A stretch of 64,000 nt of DNA, taken from Euglena gracilis. Lineage: Eukaryota. The stretch covers positions 22,952,954 through 23,016,953 of the forward strand of contig CP154954.1 of assembly GCA_039621445.1 (NCBI GenBank). The letters run 5' to 3'. Shown piece by piece: positions 46,767 to 57,868 of this stretch (position 1 is the first letter of the stretch; each line of letters begins with the position of its first letter). The notes beneath the pieces are model-generated. The model was not told the DNA's origin, did no database searches, and saw only the letters and a program-made list of their open reading frames with translations. The position numbers and the translations under genes were made by a program.

Positions 46767-49700
46767 TCCTGCAGGAGGAACCCAGCCCCTTTCAATGGCA
46801 AGACCCCCCCCAGGCAACAGATTTACCAGCTTCCCCACCCAACACCCCCCTGGAAGGGGTCCCAGTTTGGGAAAAACCAGAGTTTCGGTCCCTCAGGGAA
46901 GAATTTTTTTGGAGAAGGCGCATGAGACAGCAAGCAGGAGGCATTTTATTTCACGAGATGGTCGCCAGAAAACTGGCCAACATTCAGGAAAAGTGGGTCG
47001 ACATTGGCAGAACAGTGGACATTCGGGAGTCACAAAAAATGGTGCACACAGACATGAAACTCACGTTGCCATTGGCAGCGCCAAACGTTGTGCAACCGCC
47101 CCCCCCACCAAAAAAGAACCTCATCCTGGAACGGATCAGAATCGCCCAGATTCTTCATCAATACCGACCAGAGGAACAACGTGAGGAAGGAGTGGACATG
47201 TCGCACATAGAAAAAGTACGCCGAGCTATCGCACAAAAAATCAAACAAAAAGTGCCTGCAGCTGAAGCAGTCTGCCGCCCGAGGACAAAGAAGAGGCTGA
47301 CACCCTCCCGAGAACCAACCCTGCCCATTGCCTGGCGATACTGCCCAAGAATTTGGCAGATGGATGACATGCCCAGACCGTTACAGTTTGCGTGTGAGGT
47401 TGGATTGGCTGATCGTCTTTCCCCGTCTGTATGGACTGCCACCGATCTTGATGACTCAAATGACTCCCTGTCGGACTATTACTCTTGTGCTGGCACAAAA
47501 AAATTCCGCATGGCAGAAACAGCCGGCAACATACACCCCTGCTCTGCAAGCCCACACGGGGGGAAGAAGCCGGAAGATGCATATCTGAAGACGGGGCGAG
47601 GTGATTCTCTGACAACAATGGGTGATGTGGAAACCAATCCAGGCCCGCTGACGGTATTTAATGGACCCTGTGGTGAAGTCATGGATTTATTGGACCAACT
47701 TGTTGCCATGAACATGACTGATTTCTTTCGGATCAAGGCCGAACTACCGTTGCGGCAAGGCCCCGATGGCTCCTCCCAATCACTTCTTCCCAAAGCTACA
47801 TACTGGCTGAAATGCACTTTGTGTGACATTGAAACCATCACTGCCTCGGCAGGTTGGTGCTTGCACCACAGGGAAACCTGCCCTGTTTTTTCAGCCACAG
47901 TATATCCATCTACTGAGACAGCCAAAGTACACTCCATAACAAGCCGAGGATACACGGCAGAACAAACCCGGGAAAAGTTTTCAGAAGGACACCAGCCGAC
48001 TGGAAGGGGGGAACGAATCACCACCCATGGTGACGTCCAAACACAACCAGGACCCATCTACTTCCGTCTGGCTACCATGGAAAGACCAACAATCCCTGTC
48101 TCCAGGGGACTTCAAGAAAACTTCATCCGGCACAGATTGCTGGCGAGCCTTCAAGAGGTGGATGCAGAACTTCAAAGTTTCCGAGACGCCTTCCTTTCCG
48201 ATGTCCTGGTTGAGGACACTACCGTCTATGAGCTCACCGAATGTTGGGAAGTTTTGAGAGGAGTTCTGTTTGTGCTCATAGGGCTATGGCCACATCGACC
48301 ACCACGTCACGACTCCCCATCGAGTGTACATGCCATTATGTGGTTGCTAACTTGTTTATGGTCCGAAGTATGCAACATCGGCGAGGCCTTTCACCTCTAC
48401 CTGCCCCCTATTCGCCTAATGACACTACCCAACGTTCTCCGGCCGAGAGGCACTTTCCCCAGAGTACCTCCAACGGAGCCCTCCTCGTCCGACCTCTCCC
48501 CATTGAATGCACACACCGTTGATATCCTGGACATCATGGCCTTCTTACGTCCGACAAGATCAGTAGTTTCAGTTGACCGTCATGTCCGGAGGGCACGACG
48601 GACAGCACAAAGACAACCAAACTACCAACGAGGTGACCAACACGGTGATATAAGCCCTAACGACGCTGTCATAGCCGAGAGGCCCAGACACCAAGATGTC
48701 ACACTTTGTGGTGACGTTCAGCTCGAGCCGGGACCTATTCACCGCACACCCCCACGTGAAGGACCCCTATCCCTGCGACCTAGCACCCAGCCCCATTGCC
48801 GACGACCAACTTGCACTCTGGCCCCAGGGCCTTTTAAGTTGTCCAATGTGGCCCCAGGGCACGCCAACCATGTACGGCAACTGATTGACCAGGAAAAAAC
48901 GCGGTATGGGTACAGTCCCCCCAGCTGTGGCAGGGGTAAAAGCCTTGCCAGTTGTGGCGACATTGAAAGCAACCCAGGTCCCACAGAAACCCGCCCTCCA
49001 CAGCAGGAAGACGTTGAAATGGCCTCAGCCGCACAAACCTCTGCTGTGCCGCCGACGGAGCGACCTCTCCTTGGATCTTGGTTTCCAATGCACTCGACGC
49101 CGCTGTTCTCGCCTACTTTGTCCCAGGCTGTAATGCCGTTTCCCAGTTTGAACGGGGGCCCCGGGGCACCCGCAGCTGAGCAAATCATGGTCATTGACGA
49201 ACTAGAGTCCCGGGTGCGCTCAGTGATTTCCGAAATTCACGGGCATGCGCCGCAGGGCCAGGGCTTGACTGAGAATTTTGTGCCGTCCTTACCACAAGGG
49301 CAAGAGCAAGAGTGCCAAAATGGTCGAAGGCCGCAGCCCCCCGTGGCCCCAGCACCAGCGCAATCCTCGACGAACAATGATACGGTGCAAGTCACTCCCA
49401 CTCCCTTCTCGCAACCTTGCCCACCACTGCAGCCATCTTGGGAAGAAATTTCCCAAGACAGTCGAGGCACGTTGGTCCATATCCCACGGGGAGCGTTGCG
49501 AAACGTAGGGCTCGCCTTTTGCAGCACCCTCAGTCGCTTTGTGTCCAAGCCAGGATGGGAGACCCTACACGCACTTTGGTGCTTCCCAAAAGCTGTGCTT
49601 GCTCCATTGAAGCGCAGCGGGAAAAGCCATTGGGCTGCAGTTGGACGGAAAATTACTGAGAGAGCCAATGCCTACCTCAACCGGTCCACAGAAGATTCGT

Positions 49701-52090
49701 GGGATGAGACTCGCCAAATTCGCGATGCACAAAACCCAAAGAAGAGAACACGAAGTCAGACAAAAAATTTCGAGGCAGAAAGCCAAGAAAGATTGTGCAA
49801 CCGTGTTCAAAGCCTTGTCAATCATGGGGCGGTCAGTAAAGCCTGCCGCATGCTGACTTCTGATGGAATCCAAGATGCAGATGACCCGCTAATCTTGGAA
49901 CGGTTGGCTGCCTTGCACCCTCCTGAACCCCAACCTGGAAGGCAAAATCTGCCTCCGGACTTCCCTCGCCTCGAATTCGATCTCAGTGAAGAAGCAACCA
50001 GGGAGCGCCTAATTGAAATACGGAAAGCAGTCATGTCTTTCCCGAAGGAATCCTCACCGGGACCGTCTGGACTTCGTCCAGATCATCTCAAAGACATGCT
50101 CTCTGATCCCCTGGGGACACAATCTGAACAACTCCTCACAATTTTGGACCAATTCATCCGAACATGTTTGACAAACGGAATTCACAACTCAGTGGCATGG
50201 ATTTTCGCTGGTGCCCGTTTGACTCCTCTTCGAAAACCCTGCAATCCAAGCGAAAACTTTGATGAGCTTGGCAATGCCAACCCCATTCCTGACCCAAAGA
50301 AGGATGGCACGCGACCAATTGCAGCTGGGGAATGCCTGCGTCGATTGGTGGGCAAATATTTGATGAGGCACCCCAAAATCAGGGACCGCCTTAAAGAACT
50401 GCAGCCACTACAATGTGGTGTAGGGGTCCAGGGGGCATGTGAACTCATTGCTATGGGACTGCAGCAAGAAGTAAATCACCTGCACATGCAACAGGACAGC
50501 ACCTGGGCTTTGTTACAGGTAGATTTCAGCAATGCTTTTAATTGCGTAAAAAGAAAGACAGTCCTTGCTGAAGTGGCTAAACGCTGCCCGGAGGCGTACG
50601 TTTGGTTCGAGAGTTGCTACGCCGAACACAGCCCGCTCTTTTGTGGGTCATCACACCTTCGGAGTGCCTCTGGTGTACAACAAGGGGACCCTTGTGGCCC
50701 AGCCGGATTCGCCTTGGCGTTGCAATCCCTCGTTGAGTCCTTGCAAGACGTTGTGCCACTCCAATTGTGGTATTTGGATGATGGACACATCCTGGGAACC
50801 CTCCCACAATTACATGCAGCAATTACAGAAATTCAACGACAGGGGACGCTACTAGGCATACACCTCAACACAAAAAAATGCCGCCTGTGGGGCCCTGCAG
50901 CAACAGAAGCCAATCGTGCTGAAATGCCGCAAAACAGCCCACTTCGTGCAGTCCCAATCGTGAACTACTCCCCCGATTCTGGTATACGGGCCCTGGGAAT
51001 CCCGGTATGCTGTCCACAAAGCGGAGGCTTTGCGGGGGAAGTGTGGGCTGAACGTGCAACAAGTGTGCAGAAAGCTTGCCGGGCCCTTTTGAACCTGCCG
51101 CAGGCCCATATTCAGTTCTGCCTCTTACGAACCTGCCTAGATGCATGCAAAGTTAATGACCTCATGCGTGCAACAGAACTGGGGCAGGCAAATGACGCAT
51201 GTGCTTTGTTGACCAAAGAAATCAGGAACACAATGAGCAACATTGTTGGATCCCCCATCGATGACAACCAATGGGCTCAGGCCACCCTACCTGTGCGTCA
51301 TGGCGGACTCGGACTTCGGGACCCATCACGGGAACGTCTCCCAGCACGGATATCCGGCATTGTGACGTTTGTCAGCAATGGCAGACGCACCCTGGGTCTG
51401 GCAGACCGAGGAGTACCGAAAGACACTGTTGAGTGCCTGTCCTCTGCCAACTCCATCCTCGAAGGAACTCCCCCAACGCAAGCATGGGCCGCGGATGTAT
51501 CCCTCTTGAACGAAGCCCAAAGCCCTCACATTCAACAGAAGTGGTGGGGTGAATGCTTTGCGAAACAACGACAAAAGGTATTATCCTCCAACCTTCACGG
51601 TCAAGACGCCGTCCGGTTCGCAAGCCAACAGCGGCCCCACGCAATGGCCTGGGCTTCTGTCACACCATCCTCTGGACTGAAAACATTGGTTGCTTCTGCC
51701 GAATTCAAAGGATTTCTAAAGTGGGCACTGGGAGCACCAGTTTGCCCTCCAACGGGATTAACGTGCCCACGCTGCACCAAGCCAATGGACAACCTGGGTA
51801 ATCACCTTGTCCTCTCTCCGTTGACCGGAGGAGGTGCACCACCCGGCATCCGTCAAGACAATACCGCAAGAGTGCGTGCCGCACTTGCCCCTCTGGGCCA
51901 TCCGATCCGTGGGCTGGACTGGAAACACTTGGGGCCCTTGTGGCCCAGTATAGGGAGGGGGGTCGGCACGCCGTGGCGAGGTTTCCGGCTAGGGGGGGGG
52001 GGAGGGGGGGTTTTGGCGTGGCGAGGGGGTCCCGGATGGGGGGGGGGAGGGGTGCGCGGGGGCCAAGAAAATTTTCTTTGGCGGGCCTGA
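46727..52090 (+). CDS. Retrotransposon ORF2 polyprotein: four 2A-like peptides plus reverse transcriptase; last ~90 codons are read-through into foreign DNA
   Basis: 1787-aa ORF; RT motifs at ~50300-50900; homology stops at NHLV (~51810). Confidence 0.9.
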   Translation: MFDGTQWAKLGTVILQEEPSPFQWQDPPQATDLPASPPNTPLEGVPVWEKPEFRSLREEFFWRRRMRQQAGGILFHEMVARKLANIQEKWVDIGRTVDIRESQKMVHTDMKLTLPLAAPNVVQPPPPPKKNLILERIRIAQILHQYRPEEQREEGVDMSHIEKVRRAIAQKIKQKVPAAEAVCRPRTKKRLTPSREPTLPIAWRYCPRIWQMDDMPRPLQFACEVGLADRLSPSVWTATDLDDSNDSLSDYYSCAGTKKFRMAETAGNIHPCSASPHGGKKPEDAYLKTGRGDSLTTMGDVETNPGPLTVFNGPCGEVMDLLDQLVAMNMTDFFRIKAELPLRQGPDGSSQSLLPKATYWLKCTLCDIETITASAGWCLHHRETCPVFSATVYPSTETAKVHSITSRGYTAEQTREKFSEGHQPTGRGERITTHGDVQTQPGPIYFRLATMERPTIPVSRGLQENFIRHRLLASLQEVDAELQSFRDAFLSDVLVEDTTVYELTECWEVLRGVLFVLIGLWPHRPPRHDSPSSVHAIMWLLTCLWSEVCNIGEAFHLYLPPIRLMTLPNVLRPRGTFPRVPPTEPSSSDLSPLNAHTVDILDIMAFLRPTRSVVSVDRHVRRARRTAQRQPNYQRGDQHGDISPNDAVIAERPRHQDVTLCGDVQLEPGPIHRTPPREGPLSLRPSTQPHCRRPTCTLAPGPFKLSNVAPGHANHVRQLIDQEKTRYGYSPPSCGRGKSLASCGDIESNPGPTETRPPQQEDVEMASAAQTSAVPPTERPLLGSWFPMHSTPLFSPTLSQAVMPFPSLNGGPGAPAAEQIMVIDELESRVRSVISEIHGHAPQGQGLTENFVPSLPQGQEQECQNGRRPQPPVAPAPAQSSTNNDTVQVTPTPFSQPCPPLQPSWEEISQDSRGTLVHIPRGALRNVGLAFCSTLSRFVSKPGWETLHALWCFPKAVLAPLKRSGKSHWAAVGRKITERANAYLNRSTEDSWDETRQIRDAQNPKKRTRSQTKNFEAESQERLCNRVQSLVNHGAVSKACRMLTSDGIQDADDPLILERLAALHPPEPQPGRQNLPPDFPRLEFDLSEEATRERLIEIRKAVMSFPKESSPGPSGLRPDHLKDMLSDPLGTQSEQLLTILDQFIRTCLTNGIHNSVAWIFAGARLTPLRKPCNPSENFDELGNANPIPDPKKDGTRPIAAGECLRRLVGKYLMRHPKIRDRLKELQPLQCGVGVQGACELIAMGLQQEVNHLHMQQDSTWALLQVDFSNAFNCVKRKTVLAEVAKRCPEAYVWFESCYAEHSPLFCGSSHLRSASGVQQGDPCGPAGFALALQSLVESLQDVVPLQLWYLDDGHILGTLPQLHAAITEIQRQGTLLGIHLNTKKCRLWGPAATEANRAEMPQNSPLRAVPIVNYSPDSGIRALGIPVCCPQSGGFAGEVWAERATSVQKACRALLNLPQAHIQFCLLRTCLDACKVNDLMRATELGQANDACALLTKEIRNTMSNIVGSPIDDNQWAQATLPVRHGGLGLRDPSRERLPARISGIVTFVSNGRRTLGLADRGVPKDTVECLSSANSILEGTPPTQAWAADVSLLNEAQSPHIQQKWWGECFAKQRQKVLSSNLHGQDAVRFASQQRPHAMAWASVTPSSGLKTLVASAEFKGFLKWALGAPVCPPTGLTCPRCTKPMDNLGNHLVLSPLTGGGAPPGIRQDNTARVRAALAPLGHPIRGLDWKHLGPLWPSIGRGVGTPWRGFRLGGGGGGVLAWRGGPGWGGGGVRGGQENFLWRA

Positions 52091-54010
52091 TATGGCGTGG
52101 TGAGGGGGTCTGAAAAGGGGGGGGAGGGGGGTAAAATGGCGTGGCGATGGGGGTCGGTGAGGGGGGGGGAGGGGTGTGCCGATCCCCCGTAGTTAGCCGC
52201 AGTTGCGAGGCTACTGTGCGCATGATGCAGACAGACATGGATTGCCAAAAATGCTCCACTCTCTCGGCTTTGCTTTCCCTGATTGTGGTATTTTCGGCAT
52301 AAAGTCGACAGATGTGATGGAGCAACAGGTTGCCTTCACTGGTCATGCCTCCCCACGGGTGAAGGACCAATGCTTTGAAGTCCCATCGGACTTTCTCACA
52401 TGCCACTGCATATTTATTGAGTTTGGCTTGTTCTTCACGTAGCAACATTTTCTTGGCAGAGTCTGGTGAGGGGCGGGGTTCAGAAGGTCGCAATGGCCAA
52501 TGGGTGCACAATAATGAGATCAATAGCCAAGGGTGGTCCACCCCGCCAGGTGGCCAGGTGTAAAAGAGCATGTCACCAGGTCAGGAGCCATCCGGCAGTT
52601 GGGCTTCTTTAGAGGAGGTAATACCTGCCTCTCGTGCTGTGGCAAGTAACCAGTCTTGGAGTATGGTGTGGCGTTGAGTTGGCGTTGAGTGGCCTTGCAG
52701 GTAACTGCATGGTCTCCCCATGCATCCAAGCATGCTGTACATTGGGCACAAGTACTCCCCACCTCATTGGGGTTGAGCAGTGTCCAAGCCACCACTGGAG
52801 TGCCAGGCGATGATCAACATGTTCCATCTGGGTTCCAAGAGCTTGAAAAGGGCGGCAATTCAGCCAAGCCCCTGAGTTGGCAGTCTGTAAGCTTTTGCGA
52901 CACAGGTCTCGGTGGCTGCCAGTTTGCTTCCATTCCTTGTATCTCTGGGCATTCATGCAATCTTGCCAAAATTGTTGTCGAGTTTCTTGCAGGCTCGCTC
53001 TCTGGATGGAGGAGGGCGTCTCAAACCAGCCCTTCAGTGGCTGGACCTCTTGCCCAAGTCGGTGTCGAAGACTTGCAAGGCGAACGTTGAAGTCAGGCGG
53101 CAGAATTCTCATATTGTCACAAGGAATGGCGCACAGGTAAGTGGTTTCATGGCGCACATAACTCGCCATACAGGAAACCCTGGCTACCTCTTGGTAATCC
53201 AATGGAGATTTGATTCCAAGTCCAGCCAATTTGGTTGGGAGAAAGGTCTGGCGTGCTTGGTCTTCCGGTAGGGAGCGTCCAATAATGTTTTCCACCGCCT
53301 CCAGAAGATCTTGATGGATGTGTCTCAAGGTGTCTTGAACATGTGTAGTGTCAGTGGTTCTTAGGAGGCTAGGCGCCGCTCGGGGGGGGGGGGTCCGGGA
53401 CCCCCCCCCCCTCCCCCATCAGGACAATGTTTTCAACGTCTGGGACCTAGATGAGGAACATGCCGAAGAGTGTGCAGTGAGACCAATTGCTGCAGGAGAG
53501 ACCCTCATACGCCTCATTGGAAAGTGTGCAATGTCCCTTTCTGAAACCAAACTGGCGTCCCAAAAACTGCGGCCGTTCCAACTGGGGGTTCATCTTCCTC
53601 CATGGCTTTATCCGATGTTGTTGTTTTCTTCGTTGGAATCAAATTTGCTGCTCCAAGGAGTTGTACAACAGTTTGTGGTAGTTTTCCTTCCAAGGCCTGC
53701 TGTACAAAGATGTCTAGCTGATGGAGGAGCTCCGTGGCATTCGGGTTACCTGGCAGGATCATTTGTTGAAGGTGACTGGGTCGGAGGCCAGAAGGCCGCA
53801 ACTGTTAGTGCTCCGTCTTCAATGGCCCGAAACACCGACTGCCTCGTTTGGTCAGTGAGGCGGTTTGTTTTGTTTTGCAGACGTTGTGATTTTCTGTCCA
53901 TTCTAGTGTCGTCCTCACAAAGTTTGAACTGGTCAGGTGGGATCTCCAGAAATGAAATTGAAGCGGAAATGATTGCTTTGGTGTTACGTACTTCATGCAT
54001 TTTCCCTCCC
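51812..54010 (-). mobile_element. Degenerate CRE-like non-LTR retrotransposon (opposite strand), deleted and rearranged
   Basis: Minus-strand LPTKLAGLG, CAQC...HAVTC, the RLE region (PGDM, EQAKLNKY, LHPWGG) and PSGLRPSHL; RPIAAGE segment inverted at ~53420-53590; MITE at ~51945-52190. Confidence 0.8.
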
Positions 54011-54987
54011 CTGGGTGGGCGTGGCAGTACGGCTGGGGCCTCGAACCGGCGTTCTGGAACACGGCTTCACGCCCGAACCGGCGTTCTGGACACAGTTGTT
54101 GAAACCGTGGATTAGGGGCTCTGGCTTCACGCCCGAACCGGCGTTCAAGGAATAAAGGCCAATTTCGCCCTAAATACCCAGTTTCTGAACATTTTTGGGC
54201 ATTTTTGGGATCCTTTGGGCTCATGGCCATGTCGATCGGCCGATTGAAGTTTTCATCCGTCTGATGCCAGGTTACCCATCAATCGAAAGGTTTTTTTTCA
54301 GAATTACGATTTGGAAAAAAATTTTGGTTGGACCACCCCTAGGTTTTTTCAGAATCACGGTTGGGAAATTTTGGTTGGACCCCCCCCAGATTTTTTCAGA
54401 TTTGCAATGCCGAATTTTCGGTTGGACCCCGCTGGTTTTTTTTCCAGAATTATGGTTGGGATTTGATCCCCCCTTTTTTCAGAATTCCGGTTCAGAAATT
54501 TTGGCTGGGTTTCTTCACAAACACGGTTGAAAAAAAAATTGGCTGGAGCCCCCCCTAGGGTTTTTCAGAAGTACGGTTGGGAAATTTTGGCTGGACCCCC
54601 CCGGGAATTTTTCAAAATTGTTGGGAAATGTTAAGTACAGTTGGGAAATTTTGGCCCCCCTGGGTGTTTTCAAAATTGGTTGGACCCTCCCGGTTTGTCA
54701 ACAAAAGTTGAACTTTAAAAGACGAGGCAGGAATCGAACCCACGACCACACGGTCATAGAACACACACGGAGAACTGTCAATCACCACCCCCCCGGGGGG
54801 TCGGCACATCACATTTGCCCTCAAAACTCCCAGCACTGAAAAACCGACTTTGTTCGGCCTTTGAAAAACGGCCTTTGCCTATACTCCACCACTGAGCTAT
54901 TCGCTTTTTGGTGGATTTCACATTTCCGACACATTTTCTTTTAAACACTAAAACAAACTCTTCTGAAAAAGGAAAAATGTCCAAAAA

Positions 54988-55058
54988 GGGGGCGACCGGG
55001 GATTGAACCCGGGACCGTAGAGTTGTTACCCTTATGCTCTACCACTAAGGTATTCGCC
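54988..55058 (-). pseudogene. tRNA-like unit (anticodon position AAC, Val-like), degenerate
   Basis: A-box-like TTAGTGG, GGTTCAATCC T-arm, downstream T5; imperfect stems. Confidence 0.55.
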
Positions 55059-55124
55059 TTCTGACCACACATTCCTTTTTGACACAATACCAGACTCTTC
55101 TGAAAAAAAGGAAAAAGTCCAAAA

Positions 55125-55195
55125 GGGGGCGAACCGGAACCGAACCCGGGACCATACGGTTATTAGCCCTATGCTCTACCACTGAGCTATTCGCC
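55125..55195 (-). pseudogene. tRNA-like unit (anticodon AAT, Ile-like), degenerate
   Basis: GGCGAAT/GTTCGCC acceptor stem, TAGCTCAGTGGTAGAGC D-arm, CTAATAA loop, damaged T-arm, downstream T4. Confidence 0.6.
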
Positions 55196-55244
55196 TTCTG
55201 GGTGGCTACAAACTCTGGTGGAAAAAAGGGAAAATGTCCAAAAA

Positions 55245-55316
55245 GGGGGACAACCGGGGATTGAACCCGGGACTGTAGGGTTGTAGGCCATATGCTCTAC
55301 CACTGAGCTATTCGCC
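55245..55316 (-). pseudogene. tRNA-like unit (anticodon position TAC, Val-like), degenerate
   Basis: Intact A and B boxes, downstream T5, poor acceptor and anticodon stems. Confidence 0.55.
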
Positions 55317-55519
55317 ATTTTAAGTAAAGTAAAAATTTTAGTTGACGAGGGCTCTCACCCTTACGATTTTTTGTTGTTTTTTTTGTGGATTTTGATTTTT
55401 TTTGGGTTGGTTTGCGAAAGTATCACACATGGACCAATTAATCGTTAATCGTCTGGGACCCCCCGATTAATCGCAATTAATCGTTCGACTTCCCAAAACG
55501 ATTAATTGGCACAACCCTA

Positions 55520-57105
55520 CTTCTACCTACCACCTATTCACCTAATGACACTGCCAAACATTTTCCGGCCAAGAGGCACTTTCCCCAGAGCACCTCCAAT
55601 GGATCCCCCCTCTTCCTACCCCTCCCCAATGAACGTACATAGCGTTGATATCATGGAGATCATGGCCTAGTTACGTCCCACAAGACCAGTTACCAAGGCT
55701 GGATTGAGGTATTGAGGTTGAGGTCGAGGTTGAGGTTGAGGTTGAGGTTGAGGTTGAGGTTGAGGTTTTCCAACCTCCATCTTTCCTCAATGTCACCTCA
55801 AAGCCAAAATCCAAAGGAAAATGATTCAACAACAAAAAGCTTTGAACAAAGTGTTTCAAAGAGAGGCAAATTACATGGATTTTTTCAAAAATTGGATAGT
55901 TGGTCACTTATCTCAAGTTTTAAATCACCAACCCACAATAACTGGGCCAATTGACCGCCACATCCGGAGGGCACGACGGACAGCGCAAAGACGTCTAAAC
56001 TATCAACGAGATGGCATACGCCCCGACAACCCAGCGATAGCCATGCGGCCCACACATCAAGATGTCACACTTTGTGGCGACGTTAAACTCAAGCCAGGGC
56101 CTGTTCCTCGGATGACCATGCTTGAAGGACCCCTATCCCCACGGTCCACCATCCTGCCTAGTTGCCAACGTCCAAAACACCCACCTCTTTGCCTCAGTGG
56201 TGACATTGAAGAAAACCCAGGGCCAGACGATGATTCAATGGGGGTGTATCCCCCGCGACCCCCCCCCCCGCGACCCCCCCGCGACCCACACATGGAGGGT
56301 TTCCGCATCCCAGTAGGAGCCAAAAAAGGGCACCTAATTAGGAATTTGCACCCAAATTAGGAATCAAAATTTCCTAAAAATGTGTGACAAATTCCTAATT
56401 GGAGCTATTTTTGGACCCAAAAGTTCTAAAAATAGGTCCCATGTGACGTACGTGTGACCCGTCAAAACTTCCACGTTCCCCCCGCGACCCCCCCCGCGAC
56501 CCCCCCGCGACCCCCCCCCCCGCGACTCATACACCCCCAATGCTTCTAGAAGGCGGACAACAAGTGCAATTACATATGGATTTTCCAAGTAGCAGTGCAC
56601 CTACCGATCTGATGCCGGATACATACCGTTGCTTGAATGCCTGCCCGTTCTTTCCCGCCTGCCCGTTTCAGACCGCGGAAGAAGCGACTGAAACATCATG
56701 TGGACCGCATCCACGTGTCTAGAGGACAAGTCCCTGACAGATTGTGGATGATGTCCCTGGGTGTCCGGGTACGTGTCACCTGCCTGCGACTTGTTCCCAC
56801 AGGATCAGCCTGCAAAGCCTCCACTTGTCAGTCAGCTCCCCCTTTAGATAATCCCTATCAATGGACGCCACCAACAATTTGTCAGGTCCCGCCGTCGTTG
56901 ATCCCGTTCAGCCCCAGGCAGCCCCGTTGCATGAGCCATCTCTCTCTGACCAGCGTTGCACCCACCAGATTTTGCAATTATTCATGACAAAACACAGCAA
57001 CCTCCGTTTCATTCCGCACCAAGCCCTGCCAGCTGTAACGGCTTCCTTCGCAAATTTGTTGAAGCAGTTCAATGGCTTACCAAACACTTACAACCTTTTG
57101 AAACA
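55520..57105 (+). mobile_element. Degenerate fragments of CRE-like ORF2 N-terminal region, with two 2A-like motifs and Zn-finger-like remnants
   Basis: 55520-55685 and 55950-56160 align by eye to 48398-48800; GDVKLKPGP, GDIEENPGP; IPHQAL..V.ASF is homologous to IPRGAL..V.LAF. Confidence 0.75.
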
Positions 57106-57602
57106 GTGTATTGGGGCTCTGGCTTCATCTGGACGCCGGTTCGGCGCAGAAATTTCTGCGCCGAACCGGTGTCCAGAACGCCGGTTCGGGCGGGAAAACG
57201 GCGTCCTGGGGACCGAAAATGAAAGTGCCAAAAAGTGTCCAAAATGGTTTGTAGACATGAGGCAATCATATCTGAGCACTTTTTGGGGGGTATTTGGCTA
57301 GAAATTGGGGTATTTTGTGCAACAATTTCCATTTGGCCAAATCTGGGGTTTTTCTGAAATAGAATACCATGCAGCAGGGCTGAAATCTAAGGCCATCTAA
57401 AACCCTTGAGAAGGGTTATTCATCAAGGGGCAACATGGCAGGTGAACAGTGGATTTTGGAATTTGCGAAAAGGGTCCAAAAATCGTAATTCTGAAAAAAC
57501 CCAAGAGGTCCAGCTAAAATTTCCTAACCATAATTCTGAAAAACCCAGGGTATGAACGCCAAGAGAAGGAAAAACATTCAAAATATGACGCCACCTGTGG
57601 GA

Positions 57603-57868
57603 GGATGGGATGGACCTGCATTCCATTTGTTGTTGACTGCTATGGCGGCTTAGGCCAAGAAGCGCTAACCTTAATGTCAACACTGATGAAGCTTCTCCTC
57701 GGTCAACAAGATGCATGGTCAAAACGCAAAACTGAAGCCGACACATGGCAACTTCTATCAATCACTGTTGCGCGAGAGATCGCGCGACAAGTAATCTGGG
57801 GACGGTATGCAGGCAACGACACAGATCCAGACGTAACCTACACCATACACCAACCGTATTGTCTGTAA
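57603..57868 (+). mobile_element. RLE C-terminal fragment of a CRE-like element
   Basis: GWTCIPFVVDCYGGLGQEA...WQLLSITVAREIARQV, paralogous to 60045-60290. Confidence 0.75.

Larger units (their letters stand above)
45555..51811 (+). mobile_element. CRE-like (RLE-type) non-LTR retrotransposon, 5'-complete, 3' end interrupted
   Basis: ORF1 plus ORF2 with RT motifs RPIAAGECLRRLVGK, DFSNAFN, QQGDP, YLDD, GGLG and the start of a CxxC..H knuckle; no APE domain; relatives in the window carry the RLE domain. Confidence 0.9.

Noticed and set aside
51812-52090. Gly-rich C-terminus of ORF2 as a real domain
   Set aside because: Read-through into an antisense element tail and a MITE
54988-55316. Functional tRNA genes
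   Set aside because: Mismatched stems and non-standard anticodon loops; treated as pseudogene or SINE-like
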